The translations under genes and the position numbers were made by a program. From Macrostomum hystrix (taxonomy: Eukaryota > Animalia > Platyhelminthes), in NCBI GenBank assembly GCA_950097015.1, contig CATNEN010000038.1, forward strand, positions 21,948,001 through 22,012,000: a stretch of 64,000 bases of DNA. The letters run 5' to 3'. This document shows, in pieces, positions 46,203 through 57,603 of the stretch. Position 1 is the first letter of the stretch; every line of letters starts with the position of its first letter. Under the pieces are notes generated by a model. The model searched no databases, had not been told where the DNA came from, and saw nothing but the letters and a program-made list of their open reading frames with translations.

Positions 46203-46425
46203 GTTTTCACGGAAAACACGCACTAGCGAGATAGGGACTTATTACGTTTTCACATAAATAGAATATCAATTTTTTTTTAATGGAGCTTTCTAAATTTGGG
46301 GAAGCTACATGTATTGCAAGATATATGAAAAGAGCAGCATTGGATCTGCTTCCATTAAAAAGTAATCAATATTTTATGTGAAAACGTGAAACGTTCCCAT
46401 CTCGCTTGTGCGTTTTCCGTGAATC
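46203..46425. mobile_element. Foldback/MITE-like element with ~80-bp imperfect inverted arms
   Basis: TTCACGGAAAACACGCACTAGCGAGAT...ACGTTTTCACATAAA pairs with TTTATGTGAAAACGT...ATCTCGCTTGTGCGTTTTCCGTGAA. Confidence 0.7.
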
Positions 46426-47211
46426 ACTGAAATCGAGATGAGACAGCTAGAGATGGAAAAAAGTGTAACACTCAAGGACTCGAAGGCTCAAATAACTTAA
46501 TAAGAGTAAGACGAAGAGTAAGGTTGGATTTGTGTAGCGGCGATGGACTGTCTAGTTAGTTATTAAAATGTCGGTCATAACCTGCGAATTTATTTAGATT
46601 GCCTTGTCTTAGTAGAAAAGTCTTAATTAAGCTCTAGCGCCCAATATGCGTCCAACACCACTGGTAACCGGCTTGGCCGTGCTAATCAAGCACGCAGCGA
46701 ATCAGATTTTAAATACGGCGCGCAGATACATGGAATTTAGTATGCGACAACCGGACTTTCAATATTTGCATAATTATTGTACTGTTATAGATTTAATATA
46801 GATAAATAGGAGGCATTACACATAGACAAAATTCACTAAGAATACAAAAATGCAATTCAAATAGAAGCTAAGAATTCCTACTAGACAAATATCCTCGTTA
46901 ATGGTGACGTGCTTCTCTGCCAATCGTGTCTTTACAGCTCGAAGCTTCTTTTCAGGAAATCTTGATTCTCTGCAAGGACATCGAACATGCGCGGCCATGG
47001 CTCTGCTGCACAAGCCCACTGACCCACTGAAGCGCGGTCGTGGACGAACTGTCACTCTTCTAAAAACTCTGAACTCTGATCTTGAAGCCATTGGCCTGAC
47101 CGCTTTTCTGCGTCTACCTGTCCTTCCCAACTCTATCGCTTGCGCGTGCGCGCTGGATCCACTTAGTGGTCACCATGCAGCGTCTCTTTATTTAATTTAT
47201 TATTATCCAGA

Positions 47212-48360
47212 ACTCACAGGATCCCAGATCCTCAACCTGGACTCACAGGATCCCAGATCCTCATCCTGAACTCACAGGATCCCAGACCCTCAACCTGGAC
47301 TCACAGGATACCAGATCCTCAACCTGGACTCACAGGATCCCAGATCCACATCCAGAACTCACAGGATCCCAGATCCACATCCTGGACTTACAGGATCCCA
47401 GATCCTCATCCTGAACTCACAGGATCCCAGATCCACATCCTGAACTCAAAGGATCCTAGATCCTCATCCTGAACTCACAGGATCCCAGATCCTCATCCTG
47501 GACTCACAGGATCCCAGACCCTCAACCTGGACTTACAGGATCCCAGATCCTCAACCTGGACTCACAGGATCCCAGACCCTAAACCTGGACTCACAGGATC
47601 CCAGATCCTCATCCTGAACTCAAAGGATCCCAGACCCTCAACCTGGACTCACAGGATCCCAGATCCTCATCCTGAACTCACAGGATCCCAGATCCACATC
47701 CTGAACTCACAGGATCCCAGATCCACATCCTGGACTCACAGGATCCCAGATCCACATCCTGAACTCACAGGATCCCAGATCCACATTCAGAACTCACAGG
47801 ATCCCAAATCCACATCCTGGACTCACAGGATCCCAGATCCTCATCCTGAACTCACAGGATCCCAGACACTCAACCTGGACTCACAGGATCCCAGATCCTC
47901 ATCCTGGACTCACAGGATCCCAGACCCTCAACCTGGACTTACAGGATCCCAGATCCTCATCCTGGACTCACAGGATCCCAGATCCTCATCCTGGACTCAC
48001 AGGATCCCAGATCCTCAACCTGGACTTACAGGATCCCAGATCCTCAACCTGGACTTACAGGATCCCAGATCCACATCCAGAACTCACAGGATCTCAGATC
48101 CTCATCCTGGACTCACAGGATCCCAGACCCTCAACCTGGACTTACAGGATCCCAGATCCTCAACCTGGACTTACAGGATCCCAGATCCTCAACCTGGACT
48201 TACAGGATCCCAGATCCTCAACCTGGACTCACAGGATCCCAGACCCTCAACCTGGACTTACAGGATCCCAGATCCTCATCCTGAACTCACAGGATCCCAG
48301 ATCCACATCCTGAACTCACAGGATCCCAGATCCACATCCTGAACTCACAGGATCCCAGAC
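47212..48360. repeat. 29-bp minisatellite (ACTCACAGGATCCCAGATCCTCAACCTGG), ~40 copies
   Basis: Direct periodicity. Confidence 0.96.
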
Positions 48361-48774
48361 CCATCGATAGTGCTATCTGACAAGCAGGCTTCTATTTTAT
48401 TTTATTTATCCCAAACTTCAGGTGTAAGCTGTCTTTAGTAGCCTTATGATCTGTACTAAAACAGGCGGATGAATGAGTGGTGTGGGTATAGAGGTTAAAC
48501 CTATTTAATCTAATCCTAAATTATCCCACTTCGGCATCATCATGTGGTCCCATCATGTCCTTAGATTACTGAGAGCCTAACCTATAGTTCAATTGTGCAT
48601 TCAGCAAGATGATAATAGAGTGATTTCCTCCTGTGTATTCTAACTGTTATTGTTTCAGATAAGGCAGGAAATATATTGTCACAGCACAATTGAAATAGAG
48701 TTGTCACTGGCTGCTGTGGAGAAGTTCAATTTTACGAGTAGGCTGTCCTTGGCCGATTCCTCAGCTGCTGCTGA

Positions 48775-51057
48775 TCACACCTCCAGCAGAAGCCGCACTG
48801 AGCGGAGAGACAGCCTCTCGACATCAGGCGTGACACCGATGCTTGGCAACCATGACATGTAGCTAGCATTGCCTGGTGTCTCTCTTGGTGGAAAGATTCC
48901 GTTTGGATTGAACAAACTGCAACCTACTTCTCGATAGCCGAACCACCATCCAGCTTTGCCAAAGTCATTCGAGCACGGTCGGTGGCCGAGTTTGTTTCTG
49001 AATCCGTCATTGTCTCTGTCCATGGTGGAGAATGGCGTTGGGGAGAACGCGTCCATGGTGTCCATGGGATCGAATTTGACATTGGACCTGTCCTTCAGCA
49101 TGCCTCTGTTCATCGTCTTATATTTGGTGCTGGCGTTTTCCACTTGAAATCCAGCATACTCAGCATGCAGCTCAGTCCCATTCCACAGCTCCATCTCCAC
49201 TCTGAGTGTAGCACCGCCTGCGCTCAGCGAGTGGATGGCGGAGAGACCTGCGGGATCAGACAGAAGTTGGAGGCGCTGATGCGAATGGCCAAATTCAGTT
49301 GAAAATTGATTAAATAGAGGGACTTACCTGATTGTTAGTACAGTAATCTAGCTATATAATAATATAATAAAACAAAATCTAAGGTAACACAGGTATTCTC
49401 ACATGGATATTCTATCCAGTTTTCTCATGATCAAATTCCTGATAAAGTACACATTTCCTCTTTAATTTGGAAACAAAAAGCGGACGAATTCACACACCGA
49501 TCCAGAAGTCTGTCTCGTCGCCGAACCCCGCCTCATACTCAGCCCAGGTGCGTTGGAAACTGACGCTCCCGGTGGTCCTCTGCTGGATCTTGACAAAGTT
49601 CCGGCCACCCAGCTTCACGCTGAGAAACTTCGAGGAGCAAAATCTTTTCTGTAATACAGAGCCTGGCGTGACATCACAAATGAACCCTGTCCGCCGAAGA
49701 ACTGTTCCAGTTTGTCTCATTCGCCACAGAAACCGCGGCTCGTCCGACTTTACAAGGCACTGCTGACTCGCTATCGATGTCACCTGCCACCCAATATGGC
49801 GGAATAAGTTGACTGGCTCGAAAATTATTTCCGACCTGATAGAAAAAGGAAATATCACTTTTTATAAGCGTTCTCTAAACTTATGAGTAGCTATTTTCAC
49901 TGACCTCAGCTCATGGCATTGTCCCTCGAATCTGCAGAACAAGTGCACCTGAGCAGTCTTCCAGTCTGCCGACACCCTCAGCGGACCGATTGAGAAGCGA
50001 GAACTCAATGCCGAGCTTACAATGCTCTGAGCACTCCACAGTTTCATGAAGGTGACCGAGCGAGGAGACAGATCAGCCAGCTGAGCCCTCACAGCTTCCA
50101 GTGTGACCTCATCTTGCAGCACTACATCCAGCTTGAGGTAGGACATTTTACGAAGGTAATCATACATGACTGACTCGTTGCTCAAGCTGCTGATGTTGTG
50201 GCAGAGCAGAGGCTCGATGAGGAGGTGGCCCTTAATGTCGAGCCTCTGGTGCACTCGAGCAGTGCAATTCGCGAGGTTGATCGAGCGGATGAATACTACT
50301 TCCCGACATGCCGGGAGGTAGTAATTCTTTCTCACAACTTCGGGATCAAAGACGGTCTGGTTCTGCAGCATCGGGCGGTAGCTAAGTTGATGGCAGGTGT
50401 CATTCACACGATCGTAGATGCAGTCAGCATCAGATCGTTTAACACCAGCAAGGGAGCTGAGTGAATTTTTGATCTGCGGAAAATGACGCAAACTGCGATT
50501 TAAAAACAAATTTAAGTCTTTTATATTCGTAGCTGCGTGAGCTTATTACTGGGAACTTACGCTAACGAGAAAGTGTCGTCGGCACTCCGACTCCGAAGCC
50601 GGATGACACCCTCTAATTCGTCAGTGCTCCAAATGAAGCTATCAACTTGCACTGTGCCGTTGGTTTCCATGGATGCTTGGAGGCTTGAAATGGTCAGGAA
50701 GCTCACAGACCTCGGTGACAAGTGTTCCAGCTGGCGCTTAGCTGCTGCGAGCATTCCAGCATCCGTCAAAAGCACAGGGATACTCAGGTACAGCACATCA
50801 GTGACTCCGTCATACAGTGGACTGAAGCCTTCAAGCCTGTCCGTCACGCACATGACCGGCTCAACTGCCAAGTGCGGACCGTCGCTCGCTCCCGTGTCGT
50901 GCACGAACAGCGCGCAGCCGTTCACATTGAGCTGGGCCACGAAGCGGAGCTGCGGTGAGCCTGTGGCTGCGCACTGGGAGACCTGGCCAGCTGCCAGCGA
51001 GCAGAGCAGCAGAGCCAGCGCTGCAGCTTCCACAACTTGCACACTGAAGGATTTCAT
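48775..51057 (-). CDS. Secreted fibrinogen-related protein: signal peptide, two tandem unrecognised domains, C-terminal FReD; exons ~51057-50561, ~50456-49905, 49835-49498, 49247-48775
   Basis: Signal-like AAALALLLCSLAAG; FReD motifs IQQRTTGSVSFQRTWAEYEAGFG, FWIGLSAIHSL, FSTMDRDND, GWWF...C...NPNG. The exon 2 acceptor is uncertain; the others are phase-consistent. Confidence 0.82.
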
Positions 51058-51479
51058 TGAATAGCACAGTGATTTAGATTGAAAGCTTTCTGTTTAGAAT
51101 TATTGCTTTGATGTTTGTGCAGAGTGTGAGGCAGTCAGGACAATCCGTGTCTGAACGAATGTTAAATACTCTCTGTTAACTATGTGGTGATCTTCGCAAG
51201 GACTTGGCGGTTTGGTTTCTGTTGAAGTCGTGACCAATAATCCATTAATTGCTGAAGTACTTTTTTCAGTCCTTGTGATTGCATATTAGCAGGCTAGGCC
51301 AGAATGTAGTAAAAATCATTAACCCACAAAGTAGCAAAGCAAATGCAAAGCAAATAGGGGAAAGAGAAAGCGAAAGCGCGAGCAGCGAGGAGGGGAAGGC
51401 GATCCCAACTCCGAAACATGGAGTGAGAAAGGGAAAGAAGAGAGGGCAAAAAGCGTCAGCAAGCGACCCGCTGCGCAGC

Positions 51480-51830
51480 GGAGCGCCTGACGCGCAAAGG
51501 TCGCGCCACAGGAGAAACTGTGCTCGGAGATGCCGCACAAAGACAGGCCGCGGTTAAGGAGCCGGATGAAGGTCGAGGCAGCCAACGGGCGCCCAGTACA
51601 GAGAATAGGGCAGCCGAGGCTCGAAAAATTGGTTCTCGCGCAGGTGGGCGGCAAGCGCAGCGACAGGGCTAATCGACGGGTAAACGGGACACAGAGGAAG
51701 AAGGACAAGCAGCTGGCTCTCTTTGAACTGGTTGTTCTTGGACTTCTCGATTGACAGGCGCATTGCGCCTCGGCAGGAGGACAGGGCAGCGTGCTCCCAG
51801 CGGTTGACTGTGAAACCGCTCTTCAAACAT
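51480..51830 (-). pseudogene. Decayed DIRS/Ngaro-type tyrosine recombinase fragment
   Basis: Across frameshifts: LSIEKSKNNQFKE...SPVAALAAHL...GRPLAASTFIRLLNRGLSLCGI..HSF..GATFA, matching YR SKTDQF / CPV.AL / HSFR.GAAT motifs. Confidence 0.6.
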
Positions 51831-52158
51831 TTTCATAAATCTAATATACAAAAAATAAAAGCAATAAATGTGTCATATCACTTCAGTTATGCAAAAAATG
51901 AAAAGTGTTTATATATATATACTAGCTTTTTTTGCCCGTTGTTTTTGGGGCAGAAATTTAAAGCAAAGCAGTAAGCAATTCACGTCTCTGTATTAACTTT
52001 ATAGTGAAGGTCACCATTTATTTATTTACTGCATTAATGAAAAGTGAAGAGTTTGTTTGAGGGCGTTTTAAGTAAAAAATAAGTGAAAAGTTTGTCCAAA
52101 CAGCCCCCTCTTGATTACTTCTTTAGAAACATGTCTCTTAGCCACTCCTCTATACAGT

Positions 52159-52430
52159 CAGTGGCAGATCCAGGAATTTGTTTTGGGGCGGTCTGTCAGG
52201 GGAGCGCCATGAGAATCACAGAGGGGGTGCCAGCGGCCGAAAAGGGCGCCAGGAGCCAAGAAAGGGCGCCAGCGGCTGAAAAACGGGAGCCAGCGGCTGA
52301 AAAAGGGGCGCCAGCGACCGAAAAGGGGCGCCAGTGCTGCGACTGGCGCCCCTGGTGGGGGCATCTTATTCCCATGATTAAAATTTAGGGGGGCGACTGC
52401 CCCCCCGCCCCCCCCCTAAATCTGCCTCTG
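52159..52430. mobile_element. hAT-like MITE nested in the Helitron, 272 bp
   Basis: TIRs CAGTGGCAGATCCAG / CTAAATCTGCCTCTG; perfect 8-bp target duplication TATACAGT (52151-52158, 52431-52438). Confidence 0.88.
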
Positions 52431-52582
52431 TATACAGTATGCATGTACACGCGTATACATAAGGAAAATAGCCATGGCATAACAATAACAATGTCAAAGA
52501 AACAAAATTAAACTGTTTCAGAGTTCAGAGTTAGACAGGTCAAGGTCAATTCGTGACTACTTTTCTATTAATTGCTTGCGAG

Positions 52583-53240
52583 TCACCTCAAGGCCTGGGG
52601 ATACACCACATTCTTCGTTATTCCCCTTGGTGCGAAAATGAATAGGCCAGCTGGAGTTCCAACACGGGAGCAGGCGACATAAAGCTGCCCATGCGAGAAG
52701 CAAGGAGTCTCCAGGTTGATGCCAGCTACCTTCAGCGACTGTCCCTGAGCCTTGTTAATAGTCATCGCAAAGCACACTCTCACAGGGAACTGCAGTCGCT
52801 TGAACTGAAATGGCAGGTCCGTGGGGATAATTGGAATCCGGGGAACGAACACAGACTCTCCTCTGCCAGATCCAGTCATTATCGTGGCCTCAATCACGTG
52901 TGGGAAGAGCCGCCTGACTATCAGTCTGGTGCCGTTACACAGCCTTGGCGCATTCAGGTTGCGGAGGAGCATAATTGGTGCCCCAACTTTCAGCTGCAAG
53001 TTGTGCGATGGAGTTCCAGGAGGATCTAGAGAGTTCAGAAACTCAACAGGATACTCCACAGCGGTGTCATCAGTCAACGTTGTATCAATTGACTTGTAGG
53101 TGAAAACTGCACCTGGCAACTCCTGAAGCAGTTGGTAGTTAATTTCGTTGCGGCATCATTTCTAGGACACAGAATTGCCCTCTCTGACAGCCAGTCAACG
53201 TCAGCATATCGAACCATCAGGTTCGGGTAAACTTTTGCCT
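52583..53240 (-). pseudogene. Helitron1 Pif1 helicase C-terminal fragment
   Basis: WLSERAILCPRN, frameshift, then YPVEFLNSL.PPG.P.H.L.LKVG.PIMLLRNL, RLQFPVRVCFAMTINKAQGQSL, FSHGQLYVACSRV, TKNVVY. Confidence 0.92.
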
Positions 53241-55469
53241 TGAGCTTTTTTGACGATTTTTGAGCAGTTTTTTGCACTTTTGAGCAGGAAGGAAATGATT
53301 TTTCGGGAATTTGAGTAGCCTATTGCACTCAGCGTAGGTGGTTTTAGGTATGTGCAAAGTTTGGTGCGATTTGGTTGAGCGGTTTCGGCGTCTATAAAGA
53401 CAAAAGACAGACACTGGGACGCCACCGCACTCACCGCACTCAGTCTCAGTGCTGCTTGGGGGCCAGTAGACAGTCTAGGTGTTTGGGCTGTGTACATTCA
53501 CGGCTTGAAATACAATGTACAGTCTGGGGCTTCGGCGCCCGGGTAAGGGAGGGGGTGGCTGTAATAAAATTTGGCCCGCAGAGTGGCGGAGGGGAGTTGG
53601 GGTGGCTGTCCTCGGAAAACAAAAAGTGACTCACTTTGAGATGATGCAGCTTTGCTCTGGATTGAGTAGAGATGTTCAAAATTGACAGCATTGTTGGAAA
53701 ACATGTAAAGTGTAAGTGGATCAAATTTGGAGAAAATATGACAAAGTGGGGCGACGATATGTCGAATTGAGTGATTTTTTGACGATTTTTGAGCAGTTTT
53801 TTGCACTTTTGAGCAGGAAGGAAATGATTTTTCGGGAATTTGAGTAGCCTATTGCACTCAGCGTAGGTGGTTTTAGGTATGTGCAAAGTTTGGTGCGATT
53901 TGGTTGAGCGGTTTCGGCGTCTATAAAGACAAAAGGTTGCACACAGACAGACAGACAGACAGACAGAGTTTTCACTTTTATATATATAGATATGAATAAA
54001 TATACGAGTATATATCGTATATATATCGTAGATACGATCTCAATTGAATGGGATGGCGTCACTGCTTTTCTCGCCCGCAAGGTGTGTTAGCAGAACAGAG
54101 GGCCCGATACCGCCAATTGAATTCGATTGCGTCACTGCTTTTAGCGTCCGCACATGCGTTTATACATGGCGATAGTGATATTGGTCACTTGGCTGATTGA
54201 GTGATTTGATATGAATAATTAAAACGTACATCGCAGATTCAATGATTGGGCTTTTATGATGCTCAATGCTTTCGAGACCTCTCCTCCTCTGTCGCTGAAA
54301 ACTGCAGCCAATATATTGTCAAACCTTGTCTCGACTTCGATCATGGTACCGCTTTCTTTTCATTTCGCTCCAAATAAAGTACTTTTATTATTTTACAGAA
54401 TGCAGATCAAATTTCAGCATCCGTTTTTACTGCTTCTTCTTCTTCTTCTAATCTTCTATCATCAACAGTTGAAAACGTTAGTTCATTATTATTATTATTT
54501 ATATTTGTTAAGCTTTTATTTGTTCGAGTATTAATAGTTAGCGCTTAATTTCGAGAAGCTACTCGAAATTAATATTAGTTAAAGATAATATTTTGTAACA
54601 GTTTTCGTTTTCGTTTTTATGTAAATACGTTTTGCCTTTATAAATATCATAAAAGCTTAAAATTAAAAATGCGCTAAAAAATAAACAATTTGTTTTACTT
54701 TTAACCGTAGCAATAATAATACTATATTAAAATCTTTTGTTTTAATGATTACCGTAAAAATATTATTGTGCAAAATTCCAACATTTAAACAAATGCTAAA
54801 TTTTGTGTATATATATAGCCGCAGCTTGCAGAAAGAAAAATAAAGGTTTAGATCGTTTTGGCTTAAGTGTGTTTCTAAGTGTTTGAAGTCGAAGTTTGAA
54901 GTATAAAGTTTTAAGTGTTTGCTCAAGATATAAAAGGAGTGCCTTGTAAAAAGAACTGTGTTGTGTTATTCATTTTAAGAGAGGAGAATATTGAGAAACA
55001 TACTCAGAACCATTCGAAGAACCATGCATCCTAAGAACTATGCATCCTAAGAACTATACTAAGAATCATACTAAGAATTATACTCAGATTTATACCAAGA
55101 ATATTACAAAAGGAAAACTGCTAAACTCTAATCTCGGGAACGCCTAATTGACTGGAAACGCATACAGTTGTCTAATTACCACTCGTGCAATACATACGCT
55201 ACCATATTGAGGAGCTAAAACGGCCCATTTAAGGACCGCCAGTCTAAACATCTATTAAATTGAAACAGCAGCAGTGAGATCAGCCCCGTTACAACTTTGG
55301 TGGTATCATTGGGATGAATACATTACAAAATAAATTAGGCCTACAACAACTTTATTGCCATTCGGTGGGATTTTCTTATAATAAGCCAGTATTATTTAAA
55401 AACACACCTATAACAAATTGTTAGCTTTATTATTACTATTCTCGCTGTGAGACAATAATATAAACTTTC

Positions 55470-55925
55470 TCGAGTGTCGGAGCAAGTGTTTGATTATAAC
55501 ACTAAGGAAATATTTTTTGAGCATTGCTGCAAGCGTTATCAGAATTCTGAACTAGAAAAATTATTTGAGCACAGCTAAAAGCGTTATTCATTCTAAATTT
55601 AAAACATTTTTTCAAACATTTGAATTAAAACTCAATGAAGACTGTTCGAGCATGTAGCTTCTAGCGGTATGCTATGCTAAAACGAAAGAAACATTTTTGA
55701 GCATAGCTGCAAGCGTAATGAGATTCAGAACTAAAAGAAAAAACGTTGAGAACGGCTACAAGTGTTATTCGATCGTTTTAAAGTGATCCCTTTTTCGAGT
55801 ATTGCTTGAAGCGTTATTCGATTCAAAACTCAATGACGACTGATCGAGCATGCGTAGCTCTTAGCGTTATTCGATACTACAACGAAGGAAATATTTTTGG
55901 AGCATAGCTCCAAGCGTTATGAAGA
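55470..55925. repeat. Degenerate ~50-60-bp tandem repeat (TTGAGCATAGCTGCAAGCGTTATTC...)
   Basis: Recurring GAGCA..GCT..AAGCGTTAT core, ~8 copies. Confidence 0.7.
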
Positions 55926-57603
55926 CTGTTGCTCGCACCGGCGGGACACAGTGCCTGTGAGGTATGGGTCAGTCCAGGCCCAAGGGCTAAGGTCTGCGAT
56001 GCCTCACACCTGCAGTCGCTTTTTGAGCAGGCTTGGCGGGAAGGAGCCCTGTGCCTTCGGGTGCAGGAATCCCTCCACGCTGTCCCGTCAGCTGACCCAT
56101 GGGTACACGTCCCGCGAGTGTTTAAGGCTGACCATGATCCGGCCGAACTGGGTACCTCTGGCCCTGGCTGGAGGGAAAGGTGTCACCCTTTGACCTTAAC
56201 AGGGTATGCGGCCAGTCCGCAGCGTTCGTGCACCTGTGCGTGATCAGGTACCTCTGGCTACGGCTCTGAGGGAGATAAAGTGGGAGGAATTGCAATTAGA
56301 TTGACTAAATTATGACAATTGTATTTTTTATGAAGTGATTGAATGAAGTGCATTACGATCGCGCAAGATTATAGCAATTTTTATATTTATCCTAAAGAGC
56401 AGTCTACATTACTGAAAGTAGAAAATGTTGAGCGTCAGATTGCAGGAATTTTAGTGTGGTGTGGAGACTGAAATTAGCGAATTTGTGAAGAAATCTTTCA
56501 AAAAAGGATTAATAAAATAAATACGCCCACACAACGAAAATTAAACGTTTTTACCGGTCGCAAATTTGTAACTCTCCGACCCTGCTCTTAAAATTGAGAA
56601 TTACATGCAGCGTCCTAATTATATTGGTGTGCTAGGCGAGCCTTAACTGTTAAACTGCATAGGAAGCACCTTAAGCTACAGAAGTTAGTATCTTGTTCCA
56701 ACAAACAAGAAAAATACGCCGATACCCCAAAGATGTTGCTGAACGTTGAAAACATTTGAACGTTATTTTTCTCTTTAACTTCGCATGACATGACGAGTAC
56801 CAAAGTTATTAACAAAACTTGTATAATAAATTCACAGATATTATCCTACTGTAGGATTAAGTGTACAGAATATTCATTATAACGTATACTTTAGAAGTCC
56901 TTAAATATACAATCGGCGCGGCCAGGCCTCAATACTTAAATCGACGCGCCAGTGCAAGCTGACGGGCGCTGGTGCCTCTGCGGACTCTGCGGACTTCTGA
57001 AGGCTGTAAAGCGCGCCATTTGTCGGCGTCAATTTCTTGGCAATTAAAATGTTGTCGACGGCAGTCAGGAGGGCAGTCAATGGGCACTACTGGTACATCA
57101 TTTGCTGACTAGACCCGCAGCCAGCCAAAGGAGGCACTTCTGCCCATTCATTTGACTCCTGAGCACACACTCACACATGTGTTTACATCTGCCCTGACTT
57201 TCTCATCGTCATGCAGTAAATTTTACACTCTTCTCAAGCCTGGTCATCTCTACGACTGCGACCAAAATAATTGTGACATCACTGCGGAATCGAGCTCGGG
57301 ACCTTAGTGCGAGAGTGCGCTAGACTGCTCTGCCACTCGCCACTGTGTTGCATATGACTATAAATGTCATGTAATGTGAAAGAAATAATGATTTGTTGAT
57401 GTTAACTACACTCGTACATGTAGGGTGAACCTACGGTCAGCAATTGATTAATTCCGTATATCTATTTCAAGCATATACCAACATGCAGAGCAGTTCAAAG
57501 CTCATCAAATCTATGCTCGGATTGCTCGGAGCAAAAATGTCTTTGTGGATTGGCTGAGCTGTTATATGTGAGAGTGGTCTATAGGAATTAACAGGTCAGC
57601 GTA

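Larger units (their letters stand above)
51922..53990 (-). mobile_element. Non-autonomous canonical Helitron (Helitron1), 2069 bp
   Basis: Minus strand starts TCTATATATATAAAAG (53990), has (CTGT)n, and ends with a GCCC..GGGC hairpin plus CTAG (51922), inserted between A and T; carries a Pif1 C-terminal fragment; internal ~160-bp duplication 53246-53405 / 53775-53934. Confidence 0.88.

Noticed and set aside
46816-47130. ORF ending KKLRAVKTRLAEKHVTINEDIC, reminiscent of a LINE ORF1 C-terminus
   Set aside because: Only a short motif resemblance; too weak to call
49327-49437. AG...GTAAGT-bounded segment inside FReD intron 3 as an extra exon
   Set aside because: In-frame stop immediately; the FReD reads correctly without it
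54880-55300. TATAAAAG plus short repeats suggesting a solo LTR or promoter
   Set aside because: No TG...CA ends, target duplication or downstream ORF identified
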